Origin: an uncultured Acidobacteriota bacterium
GTDB lineage: Bacteria > Acidobacteriota > Terriglobia > 20CM-2-55-15
Direction: 5' to 3'
NCBI GenBank assembly: GCA_963738025.1
Contig: CAVTWA010000020.1
Coordinates: 128,520 to 192,519 of the forward strand
Length of the DNA stretch: 64,000 nucleotides
Shown here piece by piece: positions 9,704 through 21,660 of the stretch (positions are counted from its first letter, which is position 1; every line of letters begins with the position of its first letter). The notes below the pieces were generated by a model. It was not told where the DNA came from, ran no database searches, and was given only the letters and a program-made list of their open reading frames with translations. The translations under genes and the position numbers were made by a program.

Positions 9704-11182
9704 TTATCGGCTCACAAACGGGTTGGGCGCTTTACCCGTTGTGTCGATCCAGACGCTCTTTGTTTGCAGATAGTCGTGGATGGCTTCGATACCGCTTTCG
9801 CGGCCGAGGCCGGAACGTTTGTATCCGCCGAACGGTGACATATAGCTGATCGTCCGGTACATATTGATCCATACCGTTCCCGCTTCCAGTCTCTCCGACA
9901 TGGACAGGGCTCTGCGGATACTCGAGGTCCACACTCCTGCAGCCAGGCCATACACCGTGCTGTTCGCGATACGCACAGCTTCGTCCTCATCGTCAAACGG
10001 GATTATGGAAAGCACTGGACCAAAAATCTCTTCATTGGCGATGCGCATATCCGGACGAACATTCGTGAAAACGGTTGGCTCAACAAACCAGCCCGAGCCG
10101 CATTCCGGGCGTGTGGCGGGTCCGCCCCCAAGACGACAGACTGCGCCCTCGTCCTTGCCGACTCGCAAGTATTCAAGAACTTTTTCGTATTGCGGGCGAG
10201 TGGTAATTGGTCCTACTTGCGTGGACAGGTCCAGCGGATTTCCCATACGTGCCGTTTTAGCAAGATCCAGCAAGCGCTCGACAAATTGATCATGGACCGG
10301 ACGATGAATCAGTGCGCGCGAACCGGCGACGCAGGTTTGTCCGGTCGCAGCAAATATTCCGGACACAACGCCGTTGACCGCCTGGTCCAGATCCGCGTCG
10401 TCGAAAACGATGTTGGCGGACTTCCCGCCGAGCTCCAGCGTGACATGTTTGATGCCGCGCGCCGCCAACTGGTATACATATTCACCCGTGCGGTCACCGC
10501 CGGTGAAAGCAACTTTCGCCACGTCAGGGTGCGTAATCAGGGGTTCGCCCGCTTCGTTGCCGTACCCGGTGACGATATTCACAACGCCCGGAGGAAAACC
10601 CGCCTTCTCGAACAAAGCGGCGAACTCGAATGCCGATACGGAAGAAAATTCCGAGGGCTTCCATACAACGGTGTTGCCCGCAGCCAAGGCCGGCGCAAGC
10701 TTCCATGTCGCGAGCATCAACGGTGAATTCCACGGCGTAATCGCCGCGATCACACCCAGCGGTTCTTCGCGAGTGAAGTTGAACACCCCAGGCCGATCGA
10801 TTGGGATGACGCGGCCCTCGATTTTATCGGCCAGACCTCCGAAATAATGGAACCATTGCGGAAGATAATTGAGTTGTCCGCGCATTTCCGCCAGGAGCTT
10901 GCCGTTATCGAGAGTCTCGATTTCGGCGAGCCGGTTCGCCTCTGCGGCAACGATATCTGCGAATCGCCGTAACAGCGCCCCGCGGGCCGTCGCTGTCAGT
11001 CCCCGCCATTCGCTGCTGTAGAATGCATTCTTCGCCGCCTTGACGGCGCGATTCACATCCTCTTGCCTGCCCCGTGGGACTAGCGCCCAAGGGACGGCCG
11101 TAAACGGGTTCACGCTTTCCAGCCATTCGCCGTTAGATGGGTCGATCCATTCACCCCCAATCAAGAGTTGATGTTTTTTCAT
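9704..11182 (-). CDS. NAD(P)-dependent aldehyde dehydrogenase
   Basis: 492 aa. Contains the catalytic Glu motif LELGGKSANIVFDDADL and the catalytic Cys motif FAATGQTCVAGSR. Confidence 0.93.
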   Translation of the reverse strand: MKKHQLLIGGEWIDPSNGEWLESVNPFTAVPWALVPRGRQEDVNRAVKAAKNAFYSSEWRGLTATARGALLRRFADIVAAEANRLAEIETLDNGKLLAEMRGQLNYLPQWFHYFGGLADKIEGRVIPIDRPGVFNFTREEPLGVIAAITPWNSPLMLATWKLAPALAAGNTVVWKPSEFSSVSAFEFAALFEKAGFPPGVVNIVTGYGNEAGEPLITHPDVAKVAFTGGDRTGEYVYQLAARGIKHVTLELGGKSANIVFDDADLDQAVNGVVSGIFAATGQTCVAGSRALIHRPVHDQFVERLLDLAKTARMGNPLDLSTQVGPITTRPQYEKVLEYLRVGKDEGAVCRLGGGPATRPECGSGWFVEPTVFTNVRPDMRIANEEIFGPVLSIIPFDDEDEAVRIANSTVYGLAAGVWTSSIRRALSMSERLEAGTVWINMYRTISYMSPFGGYKRSGLGRESGIEAIHDYLQTKSVWIDTTGKAPNPFVSR

Positions 11183-11188
11183 AAGCGG

Positions 11189-12055
11189 CTAGTGGCGCGA
11201 CATCATCTGGTCGAAGACGTCTTCGGCATGGTAAGAACTGCGGACGAGAGGACCTGAGAACACCCAGCGCAGGCCAATGCTGCGGCCGATCTCTCCGAAC
11301 TCGCGGAATTCATCCGGATGGTAGTACTTCTTGATTTCAGCGTGCTTCATCGAAGGGCGCAGGTATTGACCGACAGTGAAGATATCCACCCCTGCCTCAA
11401 CGGCATGGTGCATGAGTTCGACAATCTCATCTTTTTCCTCACCGAGACCAACCATGATTCCAGTCTTGATGAAAATGCCGGAATTCATCTCCTTCGCGGC
11501 CTTCAATAACCCAAAGGATCTCGTGTAATCCGATTTGAAGCGAATCGCCGGATAGAGGCGCCTCACCGTTTCTATGTTGTGAGAAAAGATGTCGGGAAGT
11601 GCGTCGATAATCGTACGGACAGACTGCAGCGATCCTTGAAAATCCGGTGTCAACAACTCGACCTTCACGTTCGGGTCACGCGACCGGATTTGCCGAACCG
11701 TGTCTGCGAAGATCTCCGCACCGCCGTCCTGCAGATCATCCCGATCCACAGAAGTGATGACGGCATGCTTCAGTTTCAGGTCGGCGATCGCGGCTGCGAC
11801 GCGGGCCGGCTCCAACAAATCGTATTCTGCAGGACGGCCGCTGGTAACGGCGCAGAACGCGCATGCCCGCGTACAGATGTCGCCAAGAATCATGAAGGTC
11901 GCCGTCCGATGCTTGCCCCAACATTCGGCGATATTAGGACACAATGCGTCCTCGCAAATTGTGTTGAGGTTGTGCGATCGAAGAATGCGGCGAACCTCCA
12001 GGAAGTTTTCGCCCCCTGGAATTCGGACCTTCAGCCAATCCGGACGATTACTCAT
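11189..12055 (-). CDS. lipA: Lipoyl synthase
   Basis: Radical-SAM CAFCAV plus the N-terminal cluster CEDALCPNIAECW. The ORF track extends to 12229, but the extra 58 codons translate the inverted repeat. MSNRPDWLKVRIPGG (ATG at 12055) matches LipA N-termini. Confidence 0.9.
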   Translation of the reverse strand: MSNRPDWLKVRIPGGENFLEVRRILRSHNLNTICEDALCPNIAECWGKHRTATFMILGDICTRACAFCAVTSGRPAEYDLLEPARVAAAIADLKLKHAVITSVDRDDLQDGGAEIFADTVRQIRSRDPNVKVELLTPDFQGSLQSVRTIIDALPDIFSHNIETVRRLYPAIRFKSDYTRSFGLLKAAKEMNSGIFIKTGIMVGLGEEKDEIVELMHHAVEAGVDIFTVGQYLRPSMKHAEIKKYYHPDEFREFGEIGRSIGLRWVFSGPLVRSSYHAEDVFDQMMSRH

Positions 12056-12123
12056 TTCCTTGAAGTATACAAGGACGGAACACATGAAGCACAAGAGGCG
12101 CAAGAAATTGGGTAGTGGGTCAG

Positions 12124-12230
12124 TTTGAACTTGGGGCCGAGGGGTCAGACCCCTCTCGCGACGATAATGGCTTTGCAACCAACGATCCCGTTGCCACCGG
12201 GGGGTCTGACCCCTCGGCCCCAAATTCAAA
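12124..12230. repeat. Inverted-repeat element: 30-bp arms with 1 mismatch and a 47-bp spacer
   Basis: tttgaacttggggccgaggggtcagacccc (12124-12153) pairs with ggggtctgacccctcggccccaaattcaaa (12201-12230). Each arm carries the near-palindrome GGGTCnGACCC. It lies between the lipA start and the lpdA stop. Confidence 0.8.
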
Positions 12231-12244
12231 TTGTGTTTCGTTCC

Positions 12245-13651
12245 CTAGATATGAATGGCGGCTCCGAAAACGTTCTCCATCGCCTCGTGTGTCGCTTCCG
12301 TAAGTGTGGGATGGGCATGGATCATATTCACGATATCCGCCACGGTCCCTTCGAGCGCAATAGCGGCGACAGCTTCCGCAATAATTTCTGTCACAGTGTT
12401 TCCGATCATGTGGACGCCGAGAATTTCTCCGTACTCTGCATCCGCGACGACTTTCACGAATCCATCACTTGCGTCTTCGATCTTCGCTTTTCCTATTGCA
12501 GTAAAGGGGAACTTACCCACCTTGACATTGTGTCCGGCTTCCTTCGCCTTCATTTCGGTCAGACCAACGCTCGCAACCTGCGGATCGCAATACGTACAGG
12601 CGGGGACCTGGTTGTATTTGATCGGAACCGGATGTTTCCCGGCAATCTTCTCTACGGCAACGATGCCTTCCTGCTGCGCAACATGGGCGAGGAGCGGCGA
12701 CGGGGTCACATCGCCGATGGCGTACATGCCTTTGACGCTCGTCTCCATGTAGGGCCCGACTTTCACGAACCCACGATCGAGCGCGACACCCAACTTGTCG
12801 AGGCCGATGTTTGAAGTGTTGGGACCTCTGCCTGTGGCCATCAGCATCTTCTCAACGGTGTACTTTTTGACTTCGCCCTTCTCTGTTTGAAAGGTGACCT
12901 CGACCCCACCGTCTTTGACTTGAGCGCTTTCGAGCTTCGCCTTCGTGTGAACTTCGATTCCCTTTTTGGTGAAAACGCGTTTCAGTTCCTTCGAGACTTC
13001 TTCGTCTTCGAGAGGAAGGATGCCTGGCAACACTTCGATGAGCGTGACTTTCGTGCCGAAACTGCTGTAAATGGAGGCGAACTCCACACCGACGGCACCG
13101 CTACCGACGATCAGCATCGATTTCGGAATGTCTTTCAGGTCAAGCACGCCAATGTTACTCAGGATGTTCTTTTCATCGAAGCTGTAACCGGGCAGGGATT
13201 TTGCTTCCGAACCGGTTGCGACAATGATGTTCTTCGCGTTAACCTCGGTCTTTCCACCATCGGTCTTCACCGCGATTTTCGTGGGGCTAACCACGGTGCC
13301 GGAGCCCTTGACGACGGTAACCTTGTTCTTTCGAAACAGAAAGTCAACGCCTTTTGCCATCTTGTCAACAACGTCGCTTTTGCGTTCCTGAATTTTCGTG
13401 AAATCGATTCCGATGTCGCCTGTTTTGAACAGGCCCTGCTGCGAGGCCCGCTTGATTTCCTGATAGAGATGCGCATCGCGCAACAGGGCTTTTGTGGGAA
13501 TGCAGCCGCGCAAAAGACAGGTGCCGCCGTATCGATTGTCCCTCTCGATAACTACCGTCTTGAGACCAAGCTGTCCGGCGCGGATCGCTGCGACGTAACC
13601 GCCGGGACCGCTTCCGATGATCGCAACATCGTAGGGGGTTTCTTGCGTCAT
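12245..13651 (-). CDS. lpdA: Dihydrolipoyl dehydrogenase (E3)
   Basis: 468 aa. FAD motif GSGPGGYVAA, redox-active disulfide GGTCLLRGCIPTK, and C-terminal HAHPTLTEA. Confidence 0.95.
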   Translation of the reverse strand: MTQETPYDVAIIGSGPGGYVAAIRAGQLGLKTVVIERDNRYGGTCLLRGCIPTKALLRDAHLYQEIKRASQQGLFKTGDIGIDFTKIQERKSDVVDKMAKGVDFLFRKNKVTVVKGSGTVVSPTKIAVKTDGGKTEVNAKNIIVATGSEAKSLPGYSFDEKNILSNIGVLDLKDIPKSMLIVGSGAVGVEFASIYSSFGTKVTLIEVLPGILPLEDEEVSKELKRVFTKKGIEVHTKAKLESAQVKDGGVEVTFQTEKGEVKKYTVEKMLMATGRGPNTSNIGLDKLGVALDRGFVKVGPYMETSVKGMYAIGDVTPSPLLAHVAQQEGIVAVEKIAGKHPVPIKYNQVPACTYCDPQVASVGLTEMKAKEAGHNVKVGKFPFTAIGKAKIEDASDGFVKVVADAEYGEILGVHMIGNTVTEIIAEAVAAIALEGTVADIVNMIHAHPTLTEATHEAMENVFGAAIHI

Positions 13652-13686
13652 TTTTTCCTTTCAGCAGGCGGTCCGGACACTCCGAG

Positions 13687-15905
13687 TCAAAAAATGTCGA
13701 AATGCTCCTCGTGAAGCAGCGGATCGGATTTGACGATGATGTCCTTTTTCGTCCAGTCTTCGATATCGTTCAGAGAAACGAATTCACCGCTCTTCAAGGC
13801 CTTGGCGATCTCTGGATTGACGCGGATGGTGACTTCCTTGCTCTCGAACAGGTGCGCCATCTTTTTGATTTCCTGTTGGATTTCGTAGCAAATCGTCTCC
13901 GGAGTCTTTGACCAGCCCGAGCCACTGCAATAGGAACAAGGACGGCAGATCGTCCTTTCAAGAGATGGCTGGGTTCGCTTGCGCGTAATCGCAACAAGCC
14001 CGAAATCATTGAACTGGAGAATTTTGGAAGGAACGCGATCGGCCCGCACGGCTTCTTCGAGAGCGGCCATTACGCGTTGCCGATTCTTCTTCTCCTCCAT
14101 ATCGATGAAATCGACGACGATGATGCCGCCGAGATTCCGCAAACGTATCTGGCGCACGATCTCGTGGACGGCATCGACATTGGTGCGGACAATAGTGTCT
14201 TCGAGCCGGTTGGATTTTCCAACGAACTTGCCGGTATTCACATCGATCGCGACAAGTGCTTCTGTCTGGTTGATGACGATATACCCGCCCGATTTCAACC
14301 ACACCTTCGGACGCAAGGCTTTATCGATTTCGGTGTTCAGACCGTACTCTTCGAAAATCGGAGTGTCCTTCAGATGGAGTTTCACGCGATTAACGAGCGC
14401 CGGCTGAAACTTACTGACAAAGTCTAGAACCGTTGCGAATTCCGCCTCATTGTCCAGTCGAATGGCCCGGTAGTCCTGGGAAAGCTGATCGCGAAGCAAT
14501 TTCTCCACCAGATTCAAGTCGCTGTGAATTAATACCGGAGCGGATTTCTTATCGCTCTTGGCGCGGATGTCCGACCAGAGATTGCCAAGGAACCGGATGT
14601 CTTGCACGAATTCGTCTTCGCCGCGGCCTTCTGCAGCCGTTCGCACGATAAACCCACCGGGCAGGCCATTGCGGTGTTCGTTAATTATGCGTTTCAGGCG
14701 CGAACGTTCCTCATCGGAAGCAATTTTTCGGGAGACGCCGACGTGGTCGACGGTCGGCATGTAGACGAGATATCGACCAGGAAGCGCGATATGGGACGTT
14801 ATTCGGGCGCCTTTCTTACCCAGCGGCTCTTTTGAAATCTGTACCAGGATTTCCTGGCCCTCGCGCAGTAGTTCTGAAATTGTCGGACTCGTTCTCGGTG
14901 CGGGTCCACTTGGCCGATGTTCCTCAGCCTTTGCTGGCGGCGGACCGCCACGACCGCGGCGGGCGCGGCGGTTCGAAGAACGGTGAGCGAATTCATGATT
15001 GCCGGAACGGTCCGTGATGCGCGCGCTTGCATCGGAGGGTGCAGCGGTATCTTCTTCGGGTCCGGAATGAGCCGGTGCGGGTGGCTCTTCTGCGACAGCG
15101 CCAAGTGGTGCGTTCTTATCTTCAGCTTCCGGTTCTATTTCCGGTGTCGCTTCCGACGGTGTCTGAGACCCCGCGTCCGGGTCCGAACGGCGAGAAAGTC
15201 TCGCGAGCGATTCACCGGGTAACGCCTCGATGCTGCTGCTGTAGCTGCGCTCGTCCTGCCGCGGTTCGAATGATTTGCTTTCGAAAGACGGAATCTTTGG
15301 CTTTTTTCCCCCGCGACGGTCCCGGTCTCGGTCCGATCCCGGTCGCGGTCACGACGGCCTCGGCCCTCTCGAGGACGGCGGTCAAAATCGTCAGGAGCCG
15401 GCGGCCCAGCGGGCCCCGGACTGCCGGCGGTCGCGGCTTGTTGCCGGTCACCTTCTCCCAGTGTCTCTCCCGGAAGAGGTTGGATTCCTGAAACAACCTG
15501 GGGCTCGGGTGTCGCCTCGGGTTCGGCTACAGGTGCAGGGATAATAACGGGAGGTGGCAAAGGCGCGGCGACGGGAACCGGAGTGACCGCCGCTGCAGCG
15601 GGTTTTCCACGCCCGGTTTCCTGCAGCTGAGCGACCTCGTCTTCTACGGTCGAGACTATTTTGTCGTATTCCTCGGTATCTTCAAAAAAGTCCGAGACAT
15701 AGAGAAACGCGTCACGTTCGAGCCCAATATCGACAAAAGCGGATTGCATGCCGGGAAGGACTTTTGTGACCTTACCTTTATATATGTTACCGACAATGCC
15801 TTGGGATCGATGCCGCTCGATGTAGTACTCAACGAGTTCGTCGTCCTCCAGGATGGCGATCTTTGTCTCCTGAGGTGTCGTGGAAATGATCAATTCTTTC
15901 TGCAT
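13687..15905 (-). pseudogene. Rne/Rng-family ribonuclease E/G, reading frame broken once as sequenced
   Basis: The N-terminal ORF (15135-15905) carries the S1 domain GNIYKGKVTKVLPGMQSAFVDIGL. The catalytic part ...ISELLREGQEILVQISKEPLGKKGARITSHIALPGRYLVYMPTVDH... is in another frame, which is open from 15348 to 13687. The two frames overlap at 15135-15348. A 1-nt change in the run T6C5 (15302-15312) would join them. Confidence 0.85.
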
Positions 15906-16205
15906 CGAAACTCCTGAGCCCGTTTTCGGCAGCGCACAGGAACACGTCGATACACGTCGCCTCTAGGCAGATATCGCGTATTGTCATGGAAAGCTCCTGT
16001 ACCCGGAGGAGCGGGGAACTCTGGGCGCTCCCCGAATTCTCGCACTTCGGAATTCGGAGGTACGTCCCTGGAATTCCCCTCGCTCAACTCTGAAACGGGC
16101 AAAAAAACGTGTAAAACTTTGACGCGTTAATAGCGAACGCCCACGTCCGCTGCATAGTTAAAATTTGTCAAACCGCGCCTGCACTGCAATATAGCATGCT
16201 CTTTA

Positions 16206-17309
16206 TCAATTCACGTAACGGCAGCGGCGGACGCTCATGACAAGTCCGAGGGCAATGAAGGCCGTCAATACAGACGACCCCCCGTAGCTCAAAAACGGGA
16301 GGGGGATGCCGGTAGTCGGCATGAACCCGATGACCATTCCCACGTTGACGATAAGGTGGAAAAAGTAAATCCCGACGACGCCCATCACAATGAACAGCCC
16401 AAGGTTATCCCGCGCCGTTTGCGCGTTGTATATCGATCGGAAAATGATAAACGACAACAGCCCAAGCGTAAGAACGACACCAATAAAACCCAGCTCCTCA
16501 CCGACGACTGAAAAAATGAAGTCGGTGTGCCGCGTGGGTAAGAACCCCAAAATGTTCTGCGAGCCGTGAAACACACCTTTCCCGACAAGGCCACCTGAGC
16601 CGATTGCAATCTTCGATTGGGTGACCTGGTATCCCTTTCCGAGCGGATCTCTTTCGGGATCCAGGAAAGTCAAAATCCGCTCCTTCTGATACGGCTTGAG
16701 AATCAGCCATGAAACGGGGAGCACGAGCACGAAACCAAGAATCAAAGAAACCAGCACGACCGGCCGGATACCCCGGATGAAGAGCCCAACCGCTATCGCC
16801 GGCAGGTACGTCAGTGCCGTTCCCAGATCCGGCTGCAATAGAACCAGACCCATCGGCACGAAAACGATCACGCATGCCTTCACGATCTGAACCAGAGTCA
16901 TGTACTTGATATTCCGCAGTTCCGAAAGGTACCGCGCCAGCGCGACCACAACGACCATCTTGATGAATTCCGAGGGCTGAAATCCCAGCGATCCGATCCC
17001 GACCCAGCTCCTGGAACCGGATACCCGGTGACCGAGGAGGAGGGTGTACAACAGCGCGCCGAGCGACAGGACATACAACAAGGGGATGTGTTCTGATATA
17101 AGGTGATAGTCGAGCGCGGCGACGACAAAAAGAAAGAGGATGCCCACGCCGACCCATGCCAATTGACGCACGAAATATGTCTCGGCGCCCTGGGCCATCG
17201 TGGCGCTGTAAATCTCCGTCACGCTGATAATTGATAAGAGCACGGCTGCTGCAAGCAGCAGCCAGTCGAAGTCCTGCCAGAAGCGTTTGGATTTAAACGG
17301 AATGATCAC
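16206..17309 (-). CDS. rodA: Peptidoglycan glycosyltransferase RodA (SEDS family)
   Basis: 367 aa, polytopic, with FtsW/RodA/SpoVE signature regions. It is the last gene of the mreBCD-mrdA cluster. Confidence 0.9.
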   Translation of the reverse strand: MIIPFKSKRFWQDFDWLLLAAAVLLSIISVTEIYSATMAQGAETYFVRQLAWVGVGILFLFVVAALDYHLISEHIPLLYVLSLGALLYTLLLGHRVSGSRSWVGIGSLGFQPSEFIKMVVVVALARYLSELRNIKYMTLVQIVKACVIVFVPMGLVLLQPDLGTALTYLPAIAVGLFIRGIRPVVLVSLILGFVLVLPVSWLILKPYQKERILTFLDPERDPLGKGYQVTQSKIAIGSGGLVGKGVFHGSQNILGFLPTRHTDFIFSVVGEELGFIGVVLTLGLLSFIIFRSIYNAQTARDNLGLFIVMGVVGIYFFHLIVNVGMVIGFMPTTGIPLPFLSYGGSSVLTAFIALGLVMSVRRCRYVN

Positions 17310-17314
17310 GCGTC

Positions 17315-19141
17315 CTACTTCGCTGCAATTGTGCTGAGCTTCCCGTCGAACTGACCGGTCTTCTTTTTGTAATAGATATCGAGCACGGCGTGCGCAATCG
17401 GGGCCGCGGCCTCACTTCCCCAGCCGCCATTCTGAATTAAGGCAGCAACCACGATTTCCGGATTACGGTAGGGCGCAAATCCAACGAACCAGGCATTTTC
17501 CTTGAATTCTTTCTTGGTTTTACCGGCATCCCGCCCGCCAACGACCTGAGCGGTACCGGTTTTTCCGGCGACATCGAAGCCATCGATTTTTGCGTTAACA
17601 CCGGTGCCGTTTTCATTCACGACGCCCCACATCCCCTTGACAACGATGTCAACAGTGGATTCCTGAATTCCGTAATCTTCTTCAACGACCTCGTTGGCTT
17701 GTAATCCCAGTTTCTTCAATTCTGCTGGACTCACGAGGTGCGGCTGCTTCAGCCTGCCGCCTGTCGTCAATCCACCCATCGCCCAAGCAGCCTGAATCGG
17801 CGTGACACTGACGGCACCCTGGCCAATGGCAACCGAGATGGTCTCGCCGTCGTACCATTTCGTCTTGTAAACTCGTTGTTTCCATTCCCGCGAAGGAACC
17901 AGCCCGCCGTCTTCGTTCGGCAGATCGACACCGGTCTTTCGTCCTAATCCCATCATCTTGGCGTAGGTGGCGATGCGGTCGATGCCGAGTTCATTCCCGA
18001 CGTTATAAAAGTAGACATCGCACGATTGCACGATCGCATCGTGCAAGCTCAGCAGGCCGTGATGCTTGTCACAATGGAACGTGTGGTTCCCGAACGTTGC
18101 TTCACCCGGGCAGAAGATGCTGCGCAGCGGGTTTAGAGTTCCGGCCTCGAGGGCGGCAGCGGCCATGAAGACTTTGAAAACGGATCCCGGAGCAAAATGA
18201 CTTTGAATCGCGCGGTTCTGAAACGGCTTGCGCGGATCGTCCATCAGATTTCGATAATCGGCGGAGGAAATTCGGGTGGCAAAGAGATTTGGATCGTATG
18301 CGGGCTTGCTGACGAGAGCGAGAATTTCACCCGTCCTGGGATCCAGAGCAACGACTGCGCCCATCTGGTCTCCGACGGCATCTTCTGCTGCGCGCTGAAG
18401 ATCGAGGTCGATTGTCGTGACCAGGTCGTTTCCGGGGACGTAGGGCTCTTCTCCCAGTTTGTCCATTTCCCGCCCGAACCTGTTAACCAGAACGCGTTTA
18501 TATCCGTCCTTACCGACGAGCACATTGTTGTACTGGCGTTCCAACCCCGTCTTACCAACCTGATCCCCGGACTTGAAATCCACAAACTCCGGCGTCGCAA
18601 GCTCGGTTTCCGTAACTTCACCGACATAACCCATCGCATGCGCTGCCATTTGTTCCTGGAGATACCGCCTTCTGGGTTGAAGTTCGATGCTGATCTCCGG
18701 CAATTCGCGTTCGTGTGCCTTCACATACGCAATGTCACCGACGGATACGTCTTCCTTCAAGATAATCGGCCGGAACTTTGGCTCGCGGCGTTTGCGGTTG
18801 ATCCGATCCAGCAACTCTTCTTTGGACATGTTGACGCCCATACTCAGCATGTCTATGGTCTGCTCAACGGTATGGGGACTTTTCTCTCGAATTAAAATAA
18901 TGTCGTAAGAAGGGCGATTGTCGGCGAGTATCCGATGATAGCGGTCATAAATGCGGCCGCGGGGAGCTCGAAGCGGAATTTCCTTGATCGCATTCTGATC
19001 AGCTCGTTCCTGGTAGTATCCGGATTGAACGACTTGAGCGTTCCAGAAACCGAACGCCAAAACCAGCAGCGCGGCAACGAAGCCGTATCCAATGAAGCTG
19101 ATGCGCCAGCGTAACAGTTCTACTTCTTCACGTTGTACCAT
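17315..19141 (-). CDS. mrdA: Penicillin-binding protein 2 (elongasome transpeptidase)
   Basis: 608 aa with an N-terminal TM segment. The SxxK motif is in APGSVFKVF, and the KTG motif is in AGKTGTAQV. Confidence 0.93.
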   Translation of the reverse strand: MVQREEVELLRWRISFIGYGFVAALLVLAFGFWNAQVVQSGYYQERADQNAIKEIPLRAPRGRIYDRYHRILADNRPSYDIILIREKSPHTVEQTIDMLSMGVNMSKEELLDRINRKRREPKFRPIILKEDVSVGDIAYVKAHERELPEISIELQPRRRYLQEQMAAHAMGYVGEVTETELATPEFVDFKSGDQVGKTGLERQYNNVLVGKDGYKRVLVNRFGREMDKLGEEPYVPGNDLVTTIDLDLQRAAEDAVGDQMGAVVALDPRTGEILALVSKPAYDPNLFATRISSADYRNLMDDPRKPFQNRAIQSHFAPGSVFKVFMAAAALEAGTLNPLRSIFCPGEATFGNHTFHCDKHHGLLSLHDAIVQSCDVYFYNVGNELGIDRIATYAKMMGLGRKTGVDLPNEDGGLVPSREWKQRVYKTKWYDGETISVAIGQGAVSVTPIQAAWAMGGLTTGGRLKQPHLVSPAELKKLGLQANEVVEEDYGIQESTVDIVVKGMWGVVNENGTGVNAKIDGFDVAGKTGTAQVVGGRDAGKTKKEFKENAWFVGFAPYRNPEIVVAALIQNGGWGSEAAAPIAHAVLDIYYKKKTGQFDGKLSTIAAK

Positions 19142-19655
19142 GGCTCAACCGATCGCGATATCCGAACAGGACCAGTCCAAGCAGCGTGTTGAACGTCGCC
19201 GTTAGTAGCCATTTGCTCAAGGCGCCACTATAGGTGGCGCTGGATGCTGCCGGACCAACCATGAGCCCCAGAATAGTAACCAGAATGCCATCACCCAGGC
19301 TAAACAAAAATAAAGCGAAAATGCGGGTGATGGGTTGGTCGACGGCGAACTTCGCGCCGGCTGAAGCAGCGAAGAACCCGATCAGCGTCTTGCTCAGTCC
19401 GTTAGCGCCGAGAACGGCGCCGGAAAGGCTGTCCTGCATGAGCCCAAGCGAGCTGCCTATCAGTATGGAGGCGACTGGATTCCCGATGGTAAATCCGTAG
19501 TAAACCGAACAAATCAAGGGTAAGTCTACGTATCCAAAGACTTTAAACTTGAACGACAAAATTCCCTGCATCACCACCACCGCAATCAGGGCGATCGCAA
19601 ACTTGCCCATGATCGCGAAGGTGCTGATTCGACGCATGGAATATCCAGTCATCAA
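19128..19655 (-). CDS. mreD: Rod shape-determining protein MreD
   Basis: 175-aa polytopic membrane protein. Called by its position between mreC and mrdA, with start and stop overlaps on both sides. Confidence 0.75.
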   Translation of the reverse strand: MMTGYSMRRISTFAIMGKFAIALIAVVVMQGILSFKFKVFGYVDLPLICSVYYGFTIGNPVASILIGSSLGLMQDSLSGAVLGANGLSKTLIGFFAASAGAKFAVDQPITRIFALFLFSLGDGILVTILGLMVGPAASSATYSGALSKWLLTATFNTLLGLVLFGYRDRLSHGTT

Positions 19656-20519
19656 TTTGCAGGTCCTTGCGCCGCATCGGCAACATCCACGTTTGGCGGT
19701 CGCTCAATAATGCATAGCACGTTTTCGAGACGTCCCAGGTCCGCCGTCGGCCCGATCAATACACTCTTGATCAAGCCACCGCGCCTTGTACTGCTGATCC
19801 AGGTGATGACGCCAACCGGAAGCCCCTTCGGGTAAATGCGGTCTTGCCCGGAAGTCAGAAATTTGTCGCCGACTTTAATGTCGTTATCGTCGTCGATGTA
19901 GTCGAGGTCTAAATCGCGGTTTCCAGTGCCCTTCACGATACCCTGCCGGCGGGTGGATTCCAGCATCACTCCTACAGCACTCTGGGAGTCGGTGATCAAT
20001 TGCACGATTGAGAAGAAATTGCTGATTTGAATGACGCGTCCGACAACCCCGTCGGCGGTTATGATCGCCGAATCTAATTTCACTCCGTGTGTCCGGCCCT
20101 TGTCGATTGTCACGGTCTGGCTCCGGCCCGTATCACGACCGATCACCCGGGCAACAATACTTTTGCCGATTCCGGCTTCCTGCAACCCGGCCAAAGCCAG
20201 TACACGCTGCGCCTCGAGGACCGCTTCATGGTCTGTCAGCGATCTGCATACGGAGGTCGTCGACTTCTTGTTTCAAACGCTGATTCTCATCGTGAAGCCC
20301 GATGAGAGCGATATAGCGGTCCCAGACCGACCGGATGCCCAGGGACGACCGGTCAACCAACTTCTCCATTGGAGCGAGCGAATCAAGAATCGATGCCCGG
20401 ATGAAGTTGGTATTTATCCGATGGCGTCCCTGTAGAGAGATCAGTCCGATATGAATGACGAGCGCGATCGCAAGCACAATCCAGACAGGCTTTTTGGATT
20501 CGACAACGATTCGGCTCAT
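19652..20519 (-). pseudogene. mreC: Rod shape-determining protein MreC, one frameshift as sequenced
   Basis: The N-terminal ORF (20226-20519) holds the TM segment and coiled coil ...ENQRLKQEVDDLRMQIADRP*. The C-terminal frame is open from 20272 and reads ...TDHEAVLEAQRVLALAGLQEAGIGKSIVARVIG... (track ORF 19652-20194). The frame change is at about 20230-20250. Confidence 0.85.
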
Positions 20520-20527
20520 TCGAATTA

Positions 20528-21602
<1,075 letters not shown>

Positions 21603-21660
21603 TCAGCACCTACTAGGAAGGGGTTGAGACCGAGACGTCGGTACATAATAGCAGAATTAA

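Noticed and set aside
12056-12814. N-terminal extension of lipA (to 12229) and the 229-aa plus-strand ORF 12125-12814, both starting MNLGPRGQTP
   Set aside because: Both starts lie in the arms of the 12124-12230 inverted repeat, hence the identical peptide on both strands. The plus ORF is antisense to lpdA.
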